Assembly (NCBI GenBank): GCA_946630435.1 | Contig: CAMOYS010000001.1 | Span: 7,433-71,432 of the forward strand | Length of the DNA stretch: 64,000 nucleotides | Source of the DNA: an uncultured Bacillales bacterium | GTDB lineage: Bacteria > Bacillota_I > Bacilli_A > RFN20 > CAG-826 | Direction: 5' to 3' | Shown here: positions 48,336 through 60,498 of the stretch, one piece after another | Layout of the letters: each line of letters begins with the position of its first letter | Numbering within the stretch: the stretch's first letter is position 1 | Notes under the pieces: model-generated | What the model saw: only the letters and a program-made list of their open reading frames with translations | Database searches by the model: none | What the model was told of the DNA's origin: nothing | Position numbers and translations under genes: made by a program

Positions 48336-50018
48336 TTATTGTTCATCATCGTAATATGAATCATATTCGTCGTAATCGATATCTTCCTCTTCTTCATAAT
48401 CATCATAAAGTTCCTCATTTTCAATTTGTTCGAGTTCTTCTTTAGTATAGATATCCATTTGTGGAAGAGGTTGTTTGGTTTCTTCAATTTTATCTTCGTG
48501 CGCCACTTCTTCTTCAGTGATTGTCTTTGGACGTCTAGAAGTTTTCTTAGTAGCTTTGAAGGTTTCTTTCTTTTTAGTTTCTTCAAGAGATTTTTCTAAA
48601 GATTCAAGAGTGGTTGTAGTCTTAACAACTTTTGGTTCATCTTTGATGATAGGTTGTTCGACTGGTTTAACTTCTTCTTTAGTTTCTTCGCTAACTGGAG
48701 CTTCTTCTTTAACTGGTTCATCTTCTTTGATATCTTCATCGGTAATCTTCATTGGTTTACCTTTTTCAATACCACCAGTTTGTTCAGTAGCTTCAAGTTC
48801 TTTCGCACGAGCTTCTTTAAGTTGAGCAAGATAACGTTCGTATTTTTCAACTTGTTCACGTTTACTTTCTTCTTCTTTGACTTCGTCAACGCTTAAGAAC
48901 TTGATATCGAGATCGTCTTCGATTTCTTCTTTTTCGTGAGCTTCTTTAATGGTAATTTCATAACCTGTTAAGTGACAGGCTACACGGGCGTTAGCGCCTT
49001 TACGACCAATCGCTAAAGAGAGTTGACCATCTGGTACGATAACAATCGCGGATTTATCTTCTTTATCAAGATGAATCGCTTCAACGGTTGCAGGTTTTAA
49101 AGCATCGATAATATAGATAGCATCGTTTGTGCTATATCTAATGATATCGACTTTCTCTTTTTCACGGGCGTTACCTAAGTTAGAGAGAATGTTTTGGATT
49201 GTTTGACCAGAAACACCGATACAAGCAGAGCAAGGATCAACGTTTGGATCATTAGAATAGACTGCGACTTTGGAACGAGTACCAGCGTCACGAGCGATAT
49301 TTTTGATGATAACGGTACCATCATAGATATCTCTAACACTCTCTTCGAATAATTTCTTTAAATAACCAGCATCACTACGGGTGACTCTGATTTGTGGGCC
49401 TTTTTCGTTAGAGGAATTAACGTTAGCGACATACATTCTGATTGGATCGCCTGGGTTAAATGTTTCATCACCAATGAGTTCCTTTCTAGAAAGGAAGATG
49501 GTGGTTCTACCAATGTTAACCATTGCGCCATAATCATCGCATTTTTCGACTAAACCGGAAATCATTTCCCCTACTTTATCTTTATGAGCTTGGTATAAAG
49601 CGACTTTTTCAGCTTCAGCAAGTTTTTGTCTTAAAACTGATTTAACAGTCATAGCCATAAAGCGGGTTAATTGTTCCACTGGAACTTCTTCAATAAATAA
49701 AGTCTTTTCTTTATTAATGGAGAATGGTTTTACTTTGGCTTTGGATTTCTTTTGAGCAGCGATAACAGCTTCAGCATCTTCTAATGAAATTTCAATATAG
49801 TCATCAGTGACTTCGTCAACAATTTTTTTGAAGCGTTTAATATTGATGTATTCATCAGTGATTTCAACTTCTACTAAAGCGTCATCTCCACCTTGAAGAG
49901 ATTTGGTGTAGGCCTTACGTAAAGCTTCTTTTAAAGCGGCGATAATGTCTTCTTTAGCGATACCCTTTTGGTGTTCGAGTTCGTTTAAGGCCTCCATGAA
50001 TTGTGTTGCATCAAGCAT
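48336..50018 (-). CDS. nusA: transcription termination/antitermination factor NusA with a long acidic C-terminal extension
   Basis: The N-terminal domain, S1 and two KH domains occupy about 350 aa. About 200 aa of Glu/Lys/Asp-rich low-complexity tail follow, ending in YDDYEEEEDIDYDEYDSYYDDEQ. Confidence 0.9.
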   Translation of the reverse strand: MLDATQFMEALNELEHQKGIAKEDIIAALKEALRKAYTKSLQGGDDALVEVEITDEYINIKRFKKIVDEVTDDYIEISLEDAEAVIAAQKKSKAKVKPFSINKEKTLFIEEVPVEQLTRFMAMTVKSVLRQKLAEAEKVALYQAHKDKVGEMISGLVEKCDDYGAMVNIGRTTIFLSRKELIGDETFNPGDPIRMYVANVNSSNEKGPQIRVTRSDAGYLKKLFEESVRDIYDGTVIIKNIARDAGTRSKVAVYSNDPNVDPCSACIGVSGQTIQNILSNLGNAREKEKVDIIRYSTNDAIYIIDALKPATVEAIHLDKEDKSAIVIVPDGQLSLAIGRKGANARVACHLTGYEITIKEAHEKEEIEDDLDIKFLSVDEVKEEESKREQVEKYERYLAQLKEARAKELEATEQTGGIEKGKPMKITDEDIKEDEPVKEEAPVSEETKEEVKPVEQPIIKDEPKVVKTTTTLESLEKSLEETKKKETFKATKKTSRRPKTITEEEVAHEDKIEETKQPLPQMDIYTKEELEQIENEELYDDYEEEEDIDYDEYDSYYDDEQ

Positions 50019-50039
50019 ATTTTTACTCCTTATAAATAT

Positions 50040-50498
50040 TTAAAATTTGATGGCAAGGCGAGCTTTATCAATATCTTTTAAAGGTATTTCTAAGCTCTTT
50101 TTGTTAGCTTTAATTTGGATTTCTAGAAGGAGGATATTGTCGTTAACGTCCTTAATATAACCTTCTAAATAGTTTTCACCCTTGATTGGGTTAGTAACGT
50201 GAATGTTGACATACTTTCCAACATATTTACTAAGTTTAGAAACATCGATTGGTTTTTCCGCGCCTAAACTAGAAACATCGAGGAAGTAAGCAGATTTAAT
50301 CGGGTCATGTTCATCTAAGATGGATGAGACTAGGTCACTTACTTTCACAATATCATCGAGAGAGATATCATCATCTTTATCGACGACAATATGGAGAGTA
50401 TCGTTACCATTTTCTTTATTAAAAGAAACTTCCTTTAATTCGTAACCGATTTCCTCTAAAGGTTTTAAGATTAATTTACTAATTTCGTCTTTTACCAT
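50040..50498 (-). CDS. rimP: ribosome maturation factor RimP
   Basis: The track ORF extends to 50537. The RimP consensus aligns with the Met at 50498, which has an AAGGAGG SD 6 nt upstream. Confidence 0.8.
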   Translation of the reverse strand: MVKDEISKLILKPLEEIGYELKEVSFNKENGNDTLHIVVDKDDDISLDDIVKVSDLVSSILDEHDPIKSAYFLDVSSLGAEKPIDVSKLSKYVGKYVNIHVTNPIKGENYLEGYIKDVNDNILLLEIQIKANKKSLEIPLKDIDKARLAIKF

Positions 50499-50505
50499 AA
50501 GCCTC

Positions 50506-50539
50506 CTTAACAAATATAAAGAGTGGCCAGATGCCACTC
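50506..50539 (-). terminator. possible terminator or attenuator between hemW and rimP
   Basis: GAGTGGCCAGATGCCACTC hairpin (7-bp stem) then a T-rich TTTATATTTG on the minus strand. The rimP SD lies immediately downstream. Confidence 0.4.
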
Positions 50540-50619
50540 CTAATATTAGAAGTTATTGCCCTTTCGAGCGACATTATGATAGCAATTATTTAATTAAATA
50601 GTCAAGACATTTTATTACT

Positions 50620-51714
50620 TTATAGTAAAACGAATAGTTCACGAAGTAGGAAATCAAGGAGCTTTAAACCTTTTTCGGTTGGTTTTATTGATTCGTTAAT
50701 TTCAATTAAGCCTTCCTTTTCCTGTTTTTGAAGGACATCTTTAAACTTTTCTAATGGATCAAAATGGAATCTATTAATAAATGTAGAAACTTTAAAACCT
50801 TCTTTTAATCTAAGATTAAGCATTAAGAAGTCCTCTATTTCTTCGTTTAGAGTGAGCTTTTCTTCAAAGTCTTTATATTCACCTTTTAGATATTTAGTTA
50901 ATGATTTTGTGTTAGTGTAACGAACTCCATTTATATAGCCTGAGGCTCCTAAGCCACAGCCATAATATTCTTCATCTTTCCAATATGTTTTATTGTGTCT
51001 ACTTTCATAGCCGTCTTTTGCAAAGTTAGATACTTCGTAATGAATGTAACCCGCTTCAGTTAGTGTTTTTACGATTAAATCATACATATAAGCATCTTTT
51101 TCATCGCTTAGTGGTTTAATCCCTTCATTATAGAATTTTGAACCCTTAGAAACGCTTAAAGAGTAGATGGAAATATGAGGAGTATCTAAAGATAAGATGT
51201 TTCTTAAGTCTTCTTTTAAAGCTTCCTCATCTTGTCCTGGAAGCCCATATATTAAATCAACATTGATGTTAGTAAAACCATATTCTTTCGCTAACGCCAC
51301 CACTTTTTTAGCGTCTTCAAAAGTATGATGTCTATTAATAGTTTTTAATATTTCATCATGCGTGGTTTGTACTCCAATTGATAAACGATTCACCCCTGCT
51401 TTTCGAAGAACTTCAAGTTTTTCTTTAGTGAGGTTTTCAACGTTAGCCTCAATAGTGAATTCGCCATTTTTCTTAAGATAACTACCTAGGAAGTCCACTA
51501 TTTGGGAAAACTTTCCCAATTCTAATGCGCTTGGAGTACCTCCTCCTAGGTAGATTGTTTCCATTTTTGGAATGTTATATGACTTTATTTCCAAAATTAA
51601 AGCTTCTACATATTTCGAAGCAAATTCTTCGTTATATAGAAGCTTAGTAAAGTCACAGTAACCGCAGATATGTTCACAAAAAGGAATATGAACATAAAGC
51701 GATTTAGTATTCAT
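50620..51714 (-). CDS. hemW: radical SAM heme chaperone HemW (HemN-like)
   Basis: 364 aa with the CEHICGYCDF radical SAM motif and a HemN C-terminal domain. Confidence 0.85.
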   Translation of the reverse strand: MNTKSLYVHIPFCEHICGYCDFTKLLYNEEFASKYVEALILEIKSYNIPKMETIYLGGGTPSALELGKFSQIVDFLGSYLKKNGEFTIEANVENLTKEKLEVLRKAGVNRLSIGVQTTHDEILKTINRHHTFEDAKKVVALAKEYGFTNINVDLIYGLPGQDEEALKEDLRNILSLDTPHISIYSLSVSKGSKFYNEGIKPLSDEKDAYMYDLIVKTLTEAGYIHYEVSNFAKDGYESRHNKTYWKDEEYYGCGLGASGYINGVRYTNTKSLTKYLKGEYKDFEEKLTLNEEIEDFLMLNLRLKEGFKVSTFINRFHFDPLEKFKDVLQKQEKEGLIEINESIKPTEKGLKLLDFLLRELFVLL

Positions 51715-51720
51715 TAAAAG

Positions 51721-51960
51721 TTAGTCTTTCTTTTCTTCTTCTTTGCGGTTTTCTTCCATCGCTTTTAAAGTTTCTTCATCTTCGACAGGAACTAAAATAC
51801 GATCGAGTTCTTGTTTGGCCGCCTCTTCTTCAGTGATTGTATCGTCTTTTTTGATTTGAAGAGGAGAAAATTTCTTTTTAACTAAGATAATAACGATGAC
51901 TAAAACGCCAAAGAATCCTAAGACTCCTAATAATATCCAAAGTGCACTACCGTCTCCCAT
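51721..51960 (-). CDS. small single-pass membrane protein with a charged tail (unknown)
   Basis: 79 aa with an N-terminal transmembrane helix and an EEK-rich C-terminus. It lies 7 bp upstream of hemW. Confidence 0.5.
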   Translation of the reverse strand: MGDGSALWILLGVLGFFGVLVIVIILVKKKFSPLQIKKDDTITEEEAAKQELDRILVPVEDEETLKAMEENRKEEEKKD

Positions 51961-51978
51961 AGGGTTTAGTCTCCTTCC

Positions 51979-53457
51979 TTAATCTCTTTTAATTGGGGTA
52001 TAAACGAACTTATTCTTAACTTGTTCCCGTTTATAATACCCTCTTTTTGCCAAATTATCCATAGAAGTTCTCGCGGTTTCATAAACGCAGCCTTCAGCTT
52101 TCTTAAATTGCTGAATAGTGTAGAACTTACCTAAGGTACAATGTCTCACATAGAAATGCGCTTGCGCTGGGCGAAGAAGTGGATCAGATTCAAGTAAATC
52201 TTCTTCAAGTCTATTGAGAGATTTTTCATCGCTAGGTTTAGCGATATTAACATAGTTAATTTTAGGTGCTTCTTCATCCACTTTAAGTTCTTTAGCTTCA
52301 CGTGGTTTACTTTGAACTTTAACTGGTTCTTCCTTTGGAACGATTCTTTCGAACTTAATTTCGCGAACTGGTTCAGGCTTAATTTCCTTTTCCTCTTTTT
52401 CGTATGGCTTTTCTTCAAGCTTAATACCAAGTTCTTCTTCGATAGCTTCTTTTTCATCTACACCATAGAAAGCATCGCGAGCTTCATCAACTTGGGAACG
52501 CGCAATAGAATCTAAAACTAATTGGATTTCTTTAGAAACTAAGTCATTTGTTAAGTTATTGATATAAGTAATATCTCTAGTTTTTTGAACTTCTCTAAGC
52601 ATTACTTTTACTCTTTCATGTTCATCCACTAAAAGGAGTTCGACTGGAACGATTGAAGCAAGTCTATCGATATCAAACTTTGCAAGCGTAAGTTTAATAA
52701 GAAGAATCGCCATTAGTTCGTTATATTTTTCAAATGGTTTAATGTAATCCATCATATAAAATATGGCGGATAGTTTTACTGGGGAGGAAGCGTTGGAGTT
52801 ATTGATAAAATCAATCAAATCATCCATAAGCGATTCAATCGCGAATGATGGCACTCCACTATATTCTTTATTAATAACCGCTCTAGCAGCACTTCTTTCT
52901 TGGGAATTATATTCACCTTCTCTATAGAAAGAGAGAAGCTCATTTTCACCATTAAGAATTCCATAATAGGTGGCGATTGTATCTTCATTGATGTCATCCA
53001 TCGAATTCTTTTCTAAGTATTCTAAAGCATCATAATAATTAGATACAGGTGCGTACATTCTATCAACTGGACGATGATTGATAATATTATCAACTGCAAC
53101 ATCATTAATGATGATATTTAAGCTTTTCGCTACAGCGATAAGTTCGGCCTTCTTCATCTCATTACTGACAGTTATTCTTTCAATCTTGTTATTAATCCAA
53201 GCGGAAGTCTTTGATAGTAAGCGAGATAATTTAATCGCTAAATCATTGTTCTTTCTAACGATTAAAGAAGTGTTAACAATGTAGTATGCGTTTTTAGACA
53301 CATCATAAATATCGAGGTTTGAAACAAAGCTTGAACGATAGGTCACAATATTGTTCCAAATACCATCGACTAAGTTGGTTCTTAGTTCACGAGCCACCTC
53401 TGATCTTGAAGCGTATATTTCTTCGGAGAATCTGACGGCTAAATTGGAATTTGCCAT
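51979..53457 (-). CDS. Fic-fold-like protein with a degenerate active-site motif and a C-terminal winged-helix-like domain (putative pseudoenzyme)
   Basis: 492 aa. SAIFYMMDYIKPFEKYNELMAILLIKLTL aligns with the Fic core IHPFxDGNGRxxRLLxNLxL, with H to K, D to K, G to Y, G to E and R to L substitutions. A KE-rich linker and a C-terminal wHTH-like segment follow. Confidence 0.4.
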   Translation of the reverse strand: MANSNLAVRFSEEIYASRSEVARELRTNLVDGIWNNIVTYRSSFVSNLDIYDVSKNAYYIVNTSLIVRKNNDLAIKLSRLLSKTSAWINNKIERITVSNEMKKAELIAVAKSLNIIINDVAVDNIINHRPVDRMYAPVSNYYDALEYLEKNSMDDINEDTIATYYGILNGENELLSFYREGEYNSQERSAARAVINKEYSGVPSFAIESLMDDLIDFINNSNASSPVKLSAIFYMMDYIKPFEKYNELMAILLIKLTLAKFDIDRLASIVPVELLLVDEHERVKVMLREVQKTRDITYINNLTNDLVSKEIQLVLDSIARSQVDEARDAFYGVDEKEAIEEELGIKLEEKPYEKEEKEIKPEPVREIKFERIVPKEEPVKVQSKPREAKELKVDEEAPKINYVNIAKPSDEKSLNRLEEDLLESDPLLRPAQAHFYVRHCTLGKFYTIQQFKKAEGCVYETARTSMDNLAKRGYYKREQVKNKFVYTPIKRD

Positions 53458-53534
53458 ATAAAATCCCTCCCATTTAACTTTATTTTAAAAGAATGGCTTT
53501 TATATATCAATATAATAATTACTAATTTTTCACT

Positions 53535-53566
53535 AATAAAAAACTAGATACCGACCATGTACCTAG
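53535..53566 (-). terminator. terminator after lepA
   Basis: Minus strand: CTAGGTACATGGTCGGTATCTAG hairpin then TTTTTTATT. Confidence 0.7.
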
Positions 53567-53596
53567 TTATTATTTTTAATAATTATCGAAGAGGTT

Positions 53597-55408
53597 TTAC
53601 TCTTCTTCATCGATGGAAAGCACGCTCATAAAGGCTTCTTGTGGGACTTCAATTGAGCCGATTGCCTTCATACGTTTCTTACCTTCTTTTTGCTTTTCAA
53701 GTAGCTTACGTTTACGAGAAATATCACCACCATAACACTTCGCTAAAACGTCTTTTCGGACTGCTTTAATATCAGCTCTAGCAATGATTTTACCCCCTAC
53801 CGCAGCTTGGATTGGGACTTCAAATTGCTGTCTTGGGATAATCTCTTTTAATTTACGTACGACTACAGATGCACGTCCATAAGCGGTTGATCTATGAACG
53901 ATTGTGGATAAGGCATCGATTGTTTCTCCATTAAGGAGAATATCCATCTTTGCAAGGTTACCTGCCTTATAATCACTATATTCATAGTCTAAGGAAGCAT
54001 ATCCTTTTGTGTATGATTTAAGTTTATCAAAGAAATTATAAATAATTTCACTAAGTGGTAACTCGTAATGGATAATCATTCTAGTGTCATCGAAGTATTC
54101 TAAATCAATATAAATACCCCTTCTTTCTTGGCAGAGTTCCATAACTGGACCAACAAACTCTTTAGGAGTCATGATACTTGCTTTGACATATGGTTCTTGG
54201 ATTTCTTTAACCATTGTTAAATCGGGAAGCTTAGATGGGTTATCAAGTTCTAAGACTTCACCTTTGGTGAGAATGATACGATATATGACGCTTGGCGCGG
54301 TTAAAATGAGATCTAAACCATATTCTCTTTCAAGTCTTTCTTCCACTACTTCCATATGGAGTAAGCCTAAGAAGCCGCATCTAAAACCAAAGCCTAAGGC
54401 TTGGGACGTTTCAGGTTCAAAGGTTAAAGAAGCATCATTAAGGGATAATTTCTCTAAAGCATCTTTTAAATCAGCGTATTTCTTAGATTCAACTGGGTAA
54501 AGACCACAGTAAACCATTGGATTCATGTGTTTATAGCCCGCTAGAGGCTCTTTTGCTGGGTTAGTCGATAAAGTAATCGTTTCACCCGGAAAAACGTCTT
54601 TAATGTCCTTTATTTGGGCGGCTAGATAACCAACCTCACCAGCGCTTAAGGAATCTTTCTTAATTTCTTTAGGTGTTCTAATACCTACTTCTGTTACTAA
54701 ATATTCTTTATCAGTCGCCATTAAGCGAATAGTGTCTCCAACCTTAACAGAACCATTTTTAATTCTAATTAAGACGATAACTCCACGGTAAGAATCATAG
54801 AAAGAATCAAAGATTAAGGCTTGAAGAGGAGCGTTTATATCTCCAGAAGGGGCTGGAATATTATTCACAACCATTTCAAGAACTTTATCCACGCCTTGCC
54901 CTGTTTTAGCACTTACTTCACAAGCGTTTTCGCAGGATATACCGATTCGTTTTTCAATTTCTTCTTTAACTAGTTCAGGCATTGCGCTTGGTAAATCAAC
55001 TTTGTTGATAACTGGAAGAATTTCTAAGTCATTATCGATAGCAAGATAGACATTTGCTAAAGTTTGGGCTTCAACACCTTGAGTAGCATCCACTACTAAA
55101 AGGCAGCCTTCACAGGCAGCTAATGAACGAGATACTTCGTATGAGAAGTCGACATGCCCGGGAGTGTCGATTAAATTGAACAAATAATCTTCACCATTTA
55201 AAGAGTGATACTTAATTGTGACCGCGTTTAGCTTAATCGTAATTCCTCTTTCTCTTTCTAAATCCATAGAATCGAGGATTTGATCTTTCATTTCTCTTTT
55301 AGAGATTGTTTCAGTTAACTCTAAAATTCGATCCGCTAAAGTTGATTTACCGTGATCGATGTGAGCAATGATTGAGAAGTTACGAATATGCTTTTGGTCA
55401 AAATCCAT
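53597..55408 (-). CDS. lepA: elongation factor 4 (LepA)
   Basis: 603-aa translational GTPase with the LepA C-terminal domain. Confidence 0.95.
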   Translation of the reverse strand: MDFDQKHIRNFSIIAHIDHGKSTLADRILELTETISKREMKDQILDSMDLERERGITIKLNAVTIKYHSLNGEDYLFNLIDTPGHVDFSYEVSRSLAACEGCLLVVDATQGVEAQTLANVYLAIDNDLEILPVINKVDLPSAMPELVKEEIEKRIGISCENACEVSAKTGQGVDKVLEMVVNNIPAPSGDINAPLQALIFDSFYDSYRGVIVLIRIKNGSVKVGDTIRLMATDKEYLVTEVGIRTPKEIKKDSLSAGEVGYLAAQIKDIKDVFPGETITLSTNPAKEPLAGYKHMNPMVYCGLYPVESKKYADLKDALEKLSLNDASLTFEPETSQALGFGFRCGFLGLLHMEVVEERLEREYGLDLILTAPSVIYRIILTKGEVLELDNPSKLPDLTMVKEIQEPYVKASIMTPKEFVGPVMELCQERRGIYIDLEYFDDTRMIIHYELPLSEIIYNFFDKLKSYTKGYASLDYEYSDYKAGNLAKMDILLNGETIDALSTIVHRSTAYGRASVVVRKLKEIIPRQQFEVPIQAAVGGKIIARADIKAVRKDVLAKCYGGDISRKRKLLEKQKEGKKRMKAIGSIEVPQEAFMSVLSIDEEE

Positions 55409-55699
55409 GACAATATTATAAATAAAATATAAAAAGATACGATAATTTTATTAAAGAAATCTTGCTTTGAGTAAAGAAAAGAACAGCATAGGCTGAATAA
55501 AATGAATATTGGAGACCTATCTACCTATACTGTTCGATAATAATTATTATTATTTCCCTACTTTTGTAAAGTAAATTTTGATGTCATAAGCTCGTTTTTT
55601 GATGTCAAATTTTAATCATTGACCGAGCAGAAAAAATATGTAAGGTTTTTCATTGACTATTTTGTCATTATATAAAAATTTTTCATAAATATTCCACTA

Positions 55700-55758
55700 T
55701 TTGAGACAAATTTTCCCAAAGAGTTCAGTTCCTATTGATTTATATTTTTCCCAAACAG
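55700..55758. repeat. motif copy 5 (TTTGAGACAAATTTTCCCAAAGAGTTCAGTTCCTAT) plus the partial TTTTTCCCAAACAGG
   Basis: It lies in the lepA upstream and dnaJ downstream region, and CCACT(a/t)T direct repeats flank the roughly 70-bp unit. Confidence 0.7.
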
Positions 55759-55774
55759 GCCACTTTTTAGCGAT

Positions 55775-55803
55775 AAAAAAGGTTGCCCTTTAATTGGACA
55801 ACC
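55775..55803 (-). terminator. terminator after dnaJ
   Basis: Minus strand: GGTTGTCCAATTAAAGGGCAACC hairpin then TTTTTT. Confidence 0.65.
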
Positions 55804-55804
55804 A

Positions 55805-56962
55805 TTATTTAGCGAATTTCTTTTTGAATCTAGCGAATATTCCGTCATCATCTTTCTTCAATGTTTCACGGTATTTCTCTAATAATTCCTTCTGCTCTTT
55901 CGAGAGTTTTGTTGGAGTTTCGACTTTAATATGAATGTATTGATTTCCTGGAGTGCCTTTACGAAGATCCTTAATTCCTCTTCCTTTAAGAAGGAGAACC
56001 GCGGTAGGTTGAGTTCCTGCTGGGACATTGACTTCAACATCACCATAAACAGTTGGAACATCAATCTTAGTACCTAACGTAACATCGATAAAGTTAAGTG
56101 GGACATCAATATGGATATCATTGCCATCACGTTTGAAGTATTCATGTGGATTAATGATGATTTCTAAGTATAAGTCGCCATTTTCACCACCGTTATAGCC
56201 TCTAGAGCCCTTACCTTTAACGCGGATTTGTTGACCAGCGTTAATACCAGCAGGAATATTGACTTCAATATCCTTTTTAACGCGGTTATAACCTTTACCG
56301 TTACAGTCGTGGCACATATCGGTGATAACTTTGCCGCTTCCTTGACATTCAGGACAGACTGACTCATTTTCCATCATCCCGAACATAGTTCGTTGAGTGG
56401 TTCTAATGTAACCACTACCATTACATTTAGTACAAGTTTTTAAATGAGTTCCATCTTTTGCTCCCGTACCTTTACATGATTGACATTCTTCATCATAAGT
56501 TACTGGAATCTTAACTTTCTTCCCGAGGACAGCGTCCATGAAGTTAACTTTGACTCTCATAAGAGAGTCTTCGCCTCTTCTTGGTCCAGAGTGAGAGCCT
56601 CTTCCACTAGAGAAACCACCCATACCTCCGCCACCGAAGAATTGGTTAAAGATATCATTTAAGTTAACTCCACCAAAGCCAGCTCCTGAGAAACCTGAGC
56701 CACTGAATGGATTACCTTGACCACCGGTTGAGGCGCCTTGTTCAAACGCAGCCATACCGAACTGATCATACATTTCTCTTTTCTTATCATCATAAAGAAC
56801 ATCGTAAGCTTCTTGAACTTCTTTGAACTTCTCTTCTGCTCCTGGTTCTTTATTGATATCTGGGTGATACTTTTTGGCTAATTTACGGTAAGCAGATTTA
56901 ATTTCATCTTTAGATGCACCTTTAGTTAAACCTAAAACTTCGTAGAAATCTCTTTTAGCCAT
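55805..56962 (-). CDS. dnaJ: chaperone DnaJ
   Basis: J domain (HPD), G/F region and four CxxCxGxG zinc-finger repeats. Confidence 0.95.
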   Translation of the reverse strand: MAKRDFYEVLGLTKGASKDEIKSAYRKLAKKYHPDINKEPGAEEKFKEVQEAYDVLYDDKKREMYDQFGMAAFEQGASTGGQGNPFSGSGFSGAGFGGVNLNDIFNQFFGGGGMGGFSSGRGSHSGPRRGEDSLMRVKVNFMDAVLGKKVKIPVTYDEECQSCKGTGAKDGTHLKTCTKCNGSGYIRTTQRTMFGMMENESVCPECQGSGKVITDMCHDCNGKGYNRVKKDIEVNIPAGINAGQQIRVKGKGSRGYNGGENGDLYLEIIINPHEYFKRDGNDIHIDVPLNFIDVTLGTKIDVPTVYGDVEVNVPAGTQPTAVLLLKGRGIKDLRKGTPGNQYIHIKVETPTKLSKEQKELLEKYRETLKKDDDGIFARFKKKFAK

Positions 56963-57035
56963 AGTTATCCTCCTTTCACGCTAAGAGGGATGAAATGAAT
57001 CCATCCCTTTGTAGCAAGTTGTTAATTATTTATAA

Positions 57036-58862
<1,827 letters not shown>

Positions 58863-58873
58863 TTATTTCCTCC

Positions 58874-59422
58874 TTATGCGTCTAAATCAGGGACGTCTTC
58901 TTTATTTTCTTCGTTATCATTACCCGCGACCACGACAATTGATGGACGGATAAGATGTTCGTGAAGTTTATAGCCTTTAGCTTTAACTTCGAGTATGGTG
59001 TTTTCTTTCGCGTCAGGATCATTTCTTTTCTCTAACGCTTGCATGGTGACGGGATCAAATGTATCCCCCACCTTTGGTGATAACTCAATTACTCCGTTAT
59101 TTTCTAAGACAGTAACTAAGTTTTGGTAGATGTATTTAAATCCGATTAAGAAGTTTTCCATCTCCTTACTTGAGGCTTCGTTTTGAAGAGCCATATGGAA
59201 GCCATCTAAGATTGGTAAGAGATCTCCGACAAAGCCTTCAGCGCGATATTTAATTGCTTCTTTATGATCTTTTTCAACGATCTTACGAAGGTTTTGCATA
59301 TCAGCGTAAGCGCGGTAGTATTCATTTTTCCAATGTTCACAATCGCTTTTGGCTTTTTCGAGTTCTTCGTTCTCTTTTTTATCCACTACTTCTTCGTTTA
59401 ATTCTTCTTTATTTTTCTTCAT
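58874..59422 (-). CDS. grpE: nucleotide exchange factor GrpE
   Basis: 182-aa GrpE fold, between hrcA and dnaK. Confidence 0.9.
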   Translation of the reverse strand: MKKNKEELNEEVVDKKENEELEKAKSDCEHWKNEYYRAYADMQNLRKIVEKDHKEAIKYRAEGFVGDLLPILDGFHMALQNEASSKEMENFLIGFKYIYQNLVTVLENNGVIELSPKVGDTFDPVTMQALEKRNDPDAKENTILEVKAKGYKLHEHLIRPSIVVVAGNDNEENKEDVPDLDA

Positions 59423-60440
59423 CCTTATCCTTTCTTACTTGCTTAGAAGCGAAGTATTTTTCTATTTCATTTATGAGATATTCCATGTTGGACATAACTT
59501 TGTTATAGTCCATTCTCTTTGGTCCGACGATTGCGATATTGGATTCGTTATTGTTAGGGAGAGTGATTTTAGCAGAGATGATTGATACATCTTCATCCGC
59601 TTCATCTTCCCCACCGATATGAATCGAGATATCTTTATCATCGTTACTTAAGGATTGGAATACTTTTGGTGATTCGAATAATTCGAGGAGTTTTTTAATC
59701 TTTTGAGCGTCTTCTGAGAACTCTGGTTGCTCGAATAATTCATCGGTACCATAAGTTTTAAGACGATCTTTAGTGAAACTTACGAACGCTTCCATCATCG
59801 CTTGATAAATCATGTCTTGGTCAATGATGTAATCACTAATTAATGGCTTAATCGCTTGCATCTTAGGAACGAGTTCACTAATGGATGTTCCGTTTAAGCG
59901 GTCATTAAGTAATTTGACTATCTTAGTGACATCTTCAAGGGAGATTTTATCGTCTAAGACAAATGTCTTATTTTCAACATAACCTTGGTCAGTTACAAAG
60001 ACACAAGTCGCAGAATTAGAAGATAATGGTACGAGTTGAACAGAGATTAATTTCTCTTCATTAGCTTTAGGTCCTAAGACGATAGAGGCTAAGGAAGTCA
60101 TTTCGGATAAGATCTCTAATGATTGAGAGATAACTTCTTCAACTGATTGAATCTTTTCGTTGAGGACGTTTTGAACTTTATAACGGAACTCTTCATCAAC
60201 GGATTTCTCTCTAAGATTATCAATATAGTATCGATATCCTTTACTAGAAGGAACGCGCCCGGATGAGGTATGAGGTTTTTCAAGATAACCTTCAAGTTCA
60301 AGAGCGTTCATTTCAGCGCGGATTGTCGCACTTGAGTAATCGAGATGATATTCTTCGATAAGAGTTTTGGAGCCAACTGGTGTCGCGTATTTAATAAAGT
60401 ATTCAACGATTAACTTTAAGACACGGTCACGTCTATTCAT
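59409..60440 (-). CDS. hrcA: heat-inducible transcription repressor HrcA
   Basis: 343 aa with an N-terminal wHTH. It is the first gene of the dnaK operon, and CIRCE elements lie upstream. Confidence 0.9.
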   Translation of the reverse strand: MNRRDRVLKLIVEYFIKYATPVGSKTLIEEYHLDYSSATIRAEMNALELEGYLEKPHTSSGRVPSSKGYRYYIDNLREKSVDEEFRYKVQNVLNEKIQSVEEVISQSLEILSEMTSLASIVLGPKANEEKLISVQLVPLSSNSATCVFVTDQGYVENKTFVLDDKISLEDVTKIVKLLNDRLNGTSISELVPKMQAIKPLISDYIIDQDMIYQAMMEAFVSFTKDRLKTYGTDELFEQPEFSEDAQKIKKLLELFESPKVFQSLSNDDKDISIHIGGEDEADEDVSIISAKITLPNNNESNIAIVGPKRMDYNKVMSNMEYLINEIEKYFASKQVRKDKDEEK

Positions 60441-60453
60441 AAGTCACTCCTTT

Positions 60454-60480
60454 CTGGCACTCCCACATTTCGAGTGCTAA
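60454..60480 (-). promoter_or_regulatory. CIRCE operator 1 (HrcA binding site)
   Basis: CTGGCACTC-N9-GAGTGCTAA against the consensus TTAGCACTC-N9-GAGTGCTAA, 14 bp upstream of the hrcA start. Confidence 0.8.
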
Positions 60481-60498
60481 CATTATTATAAAGTTAAT

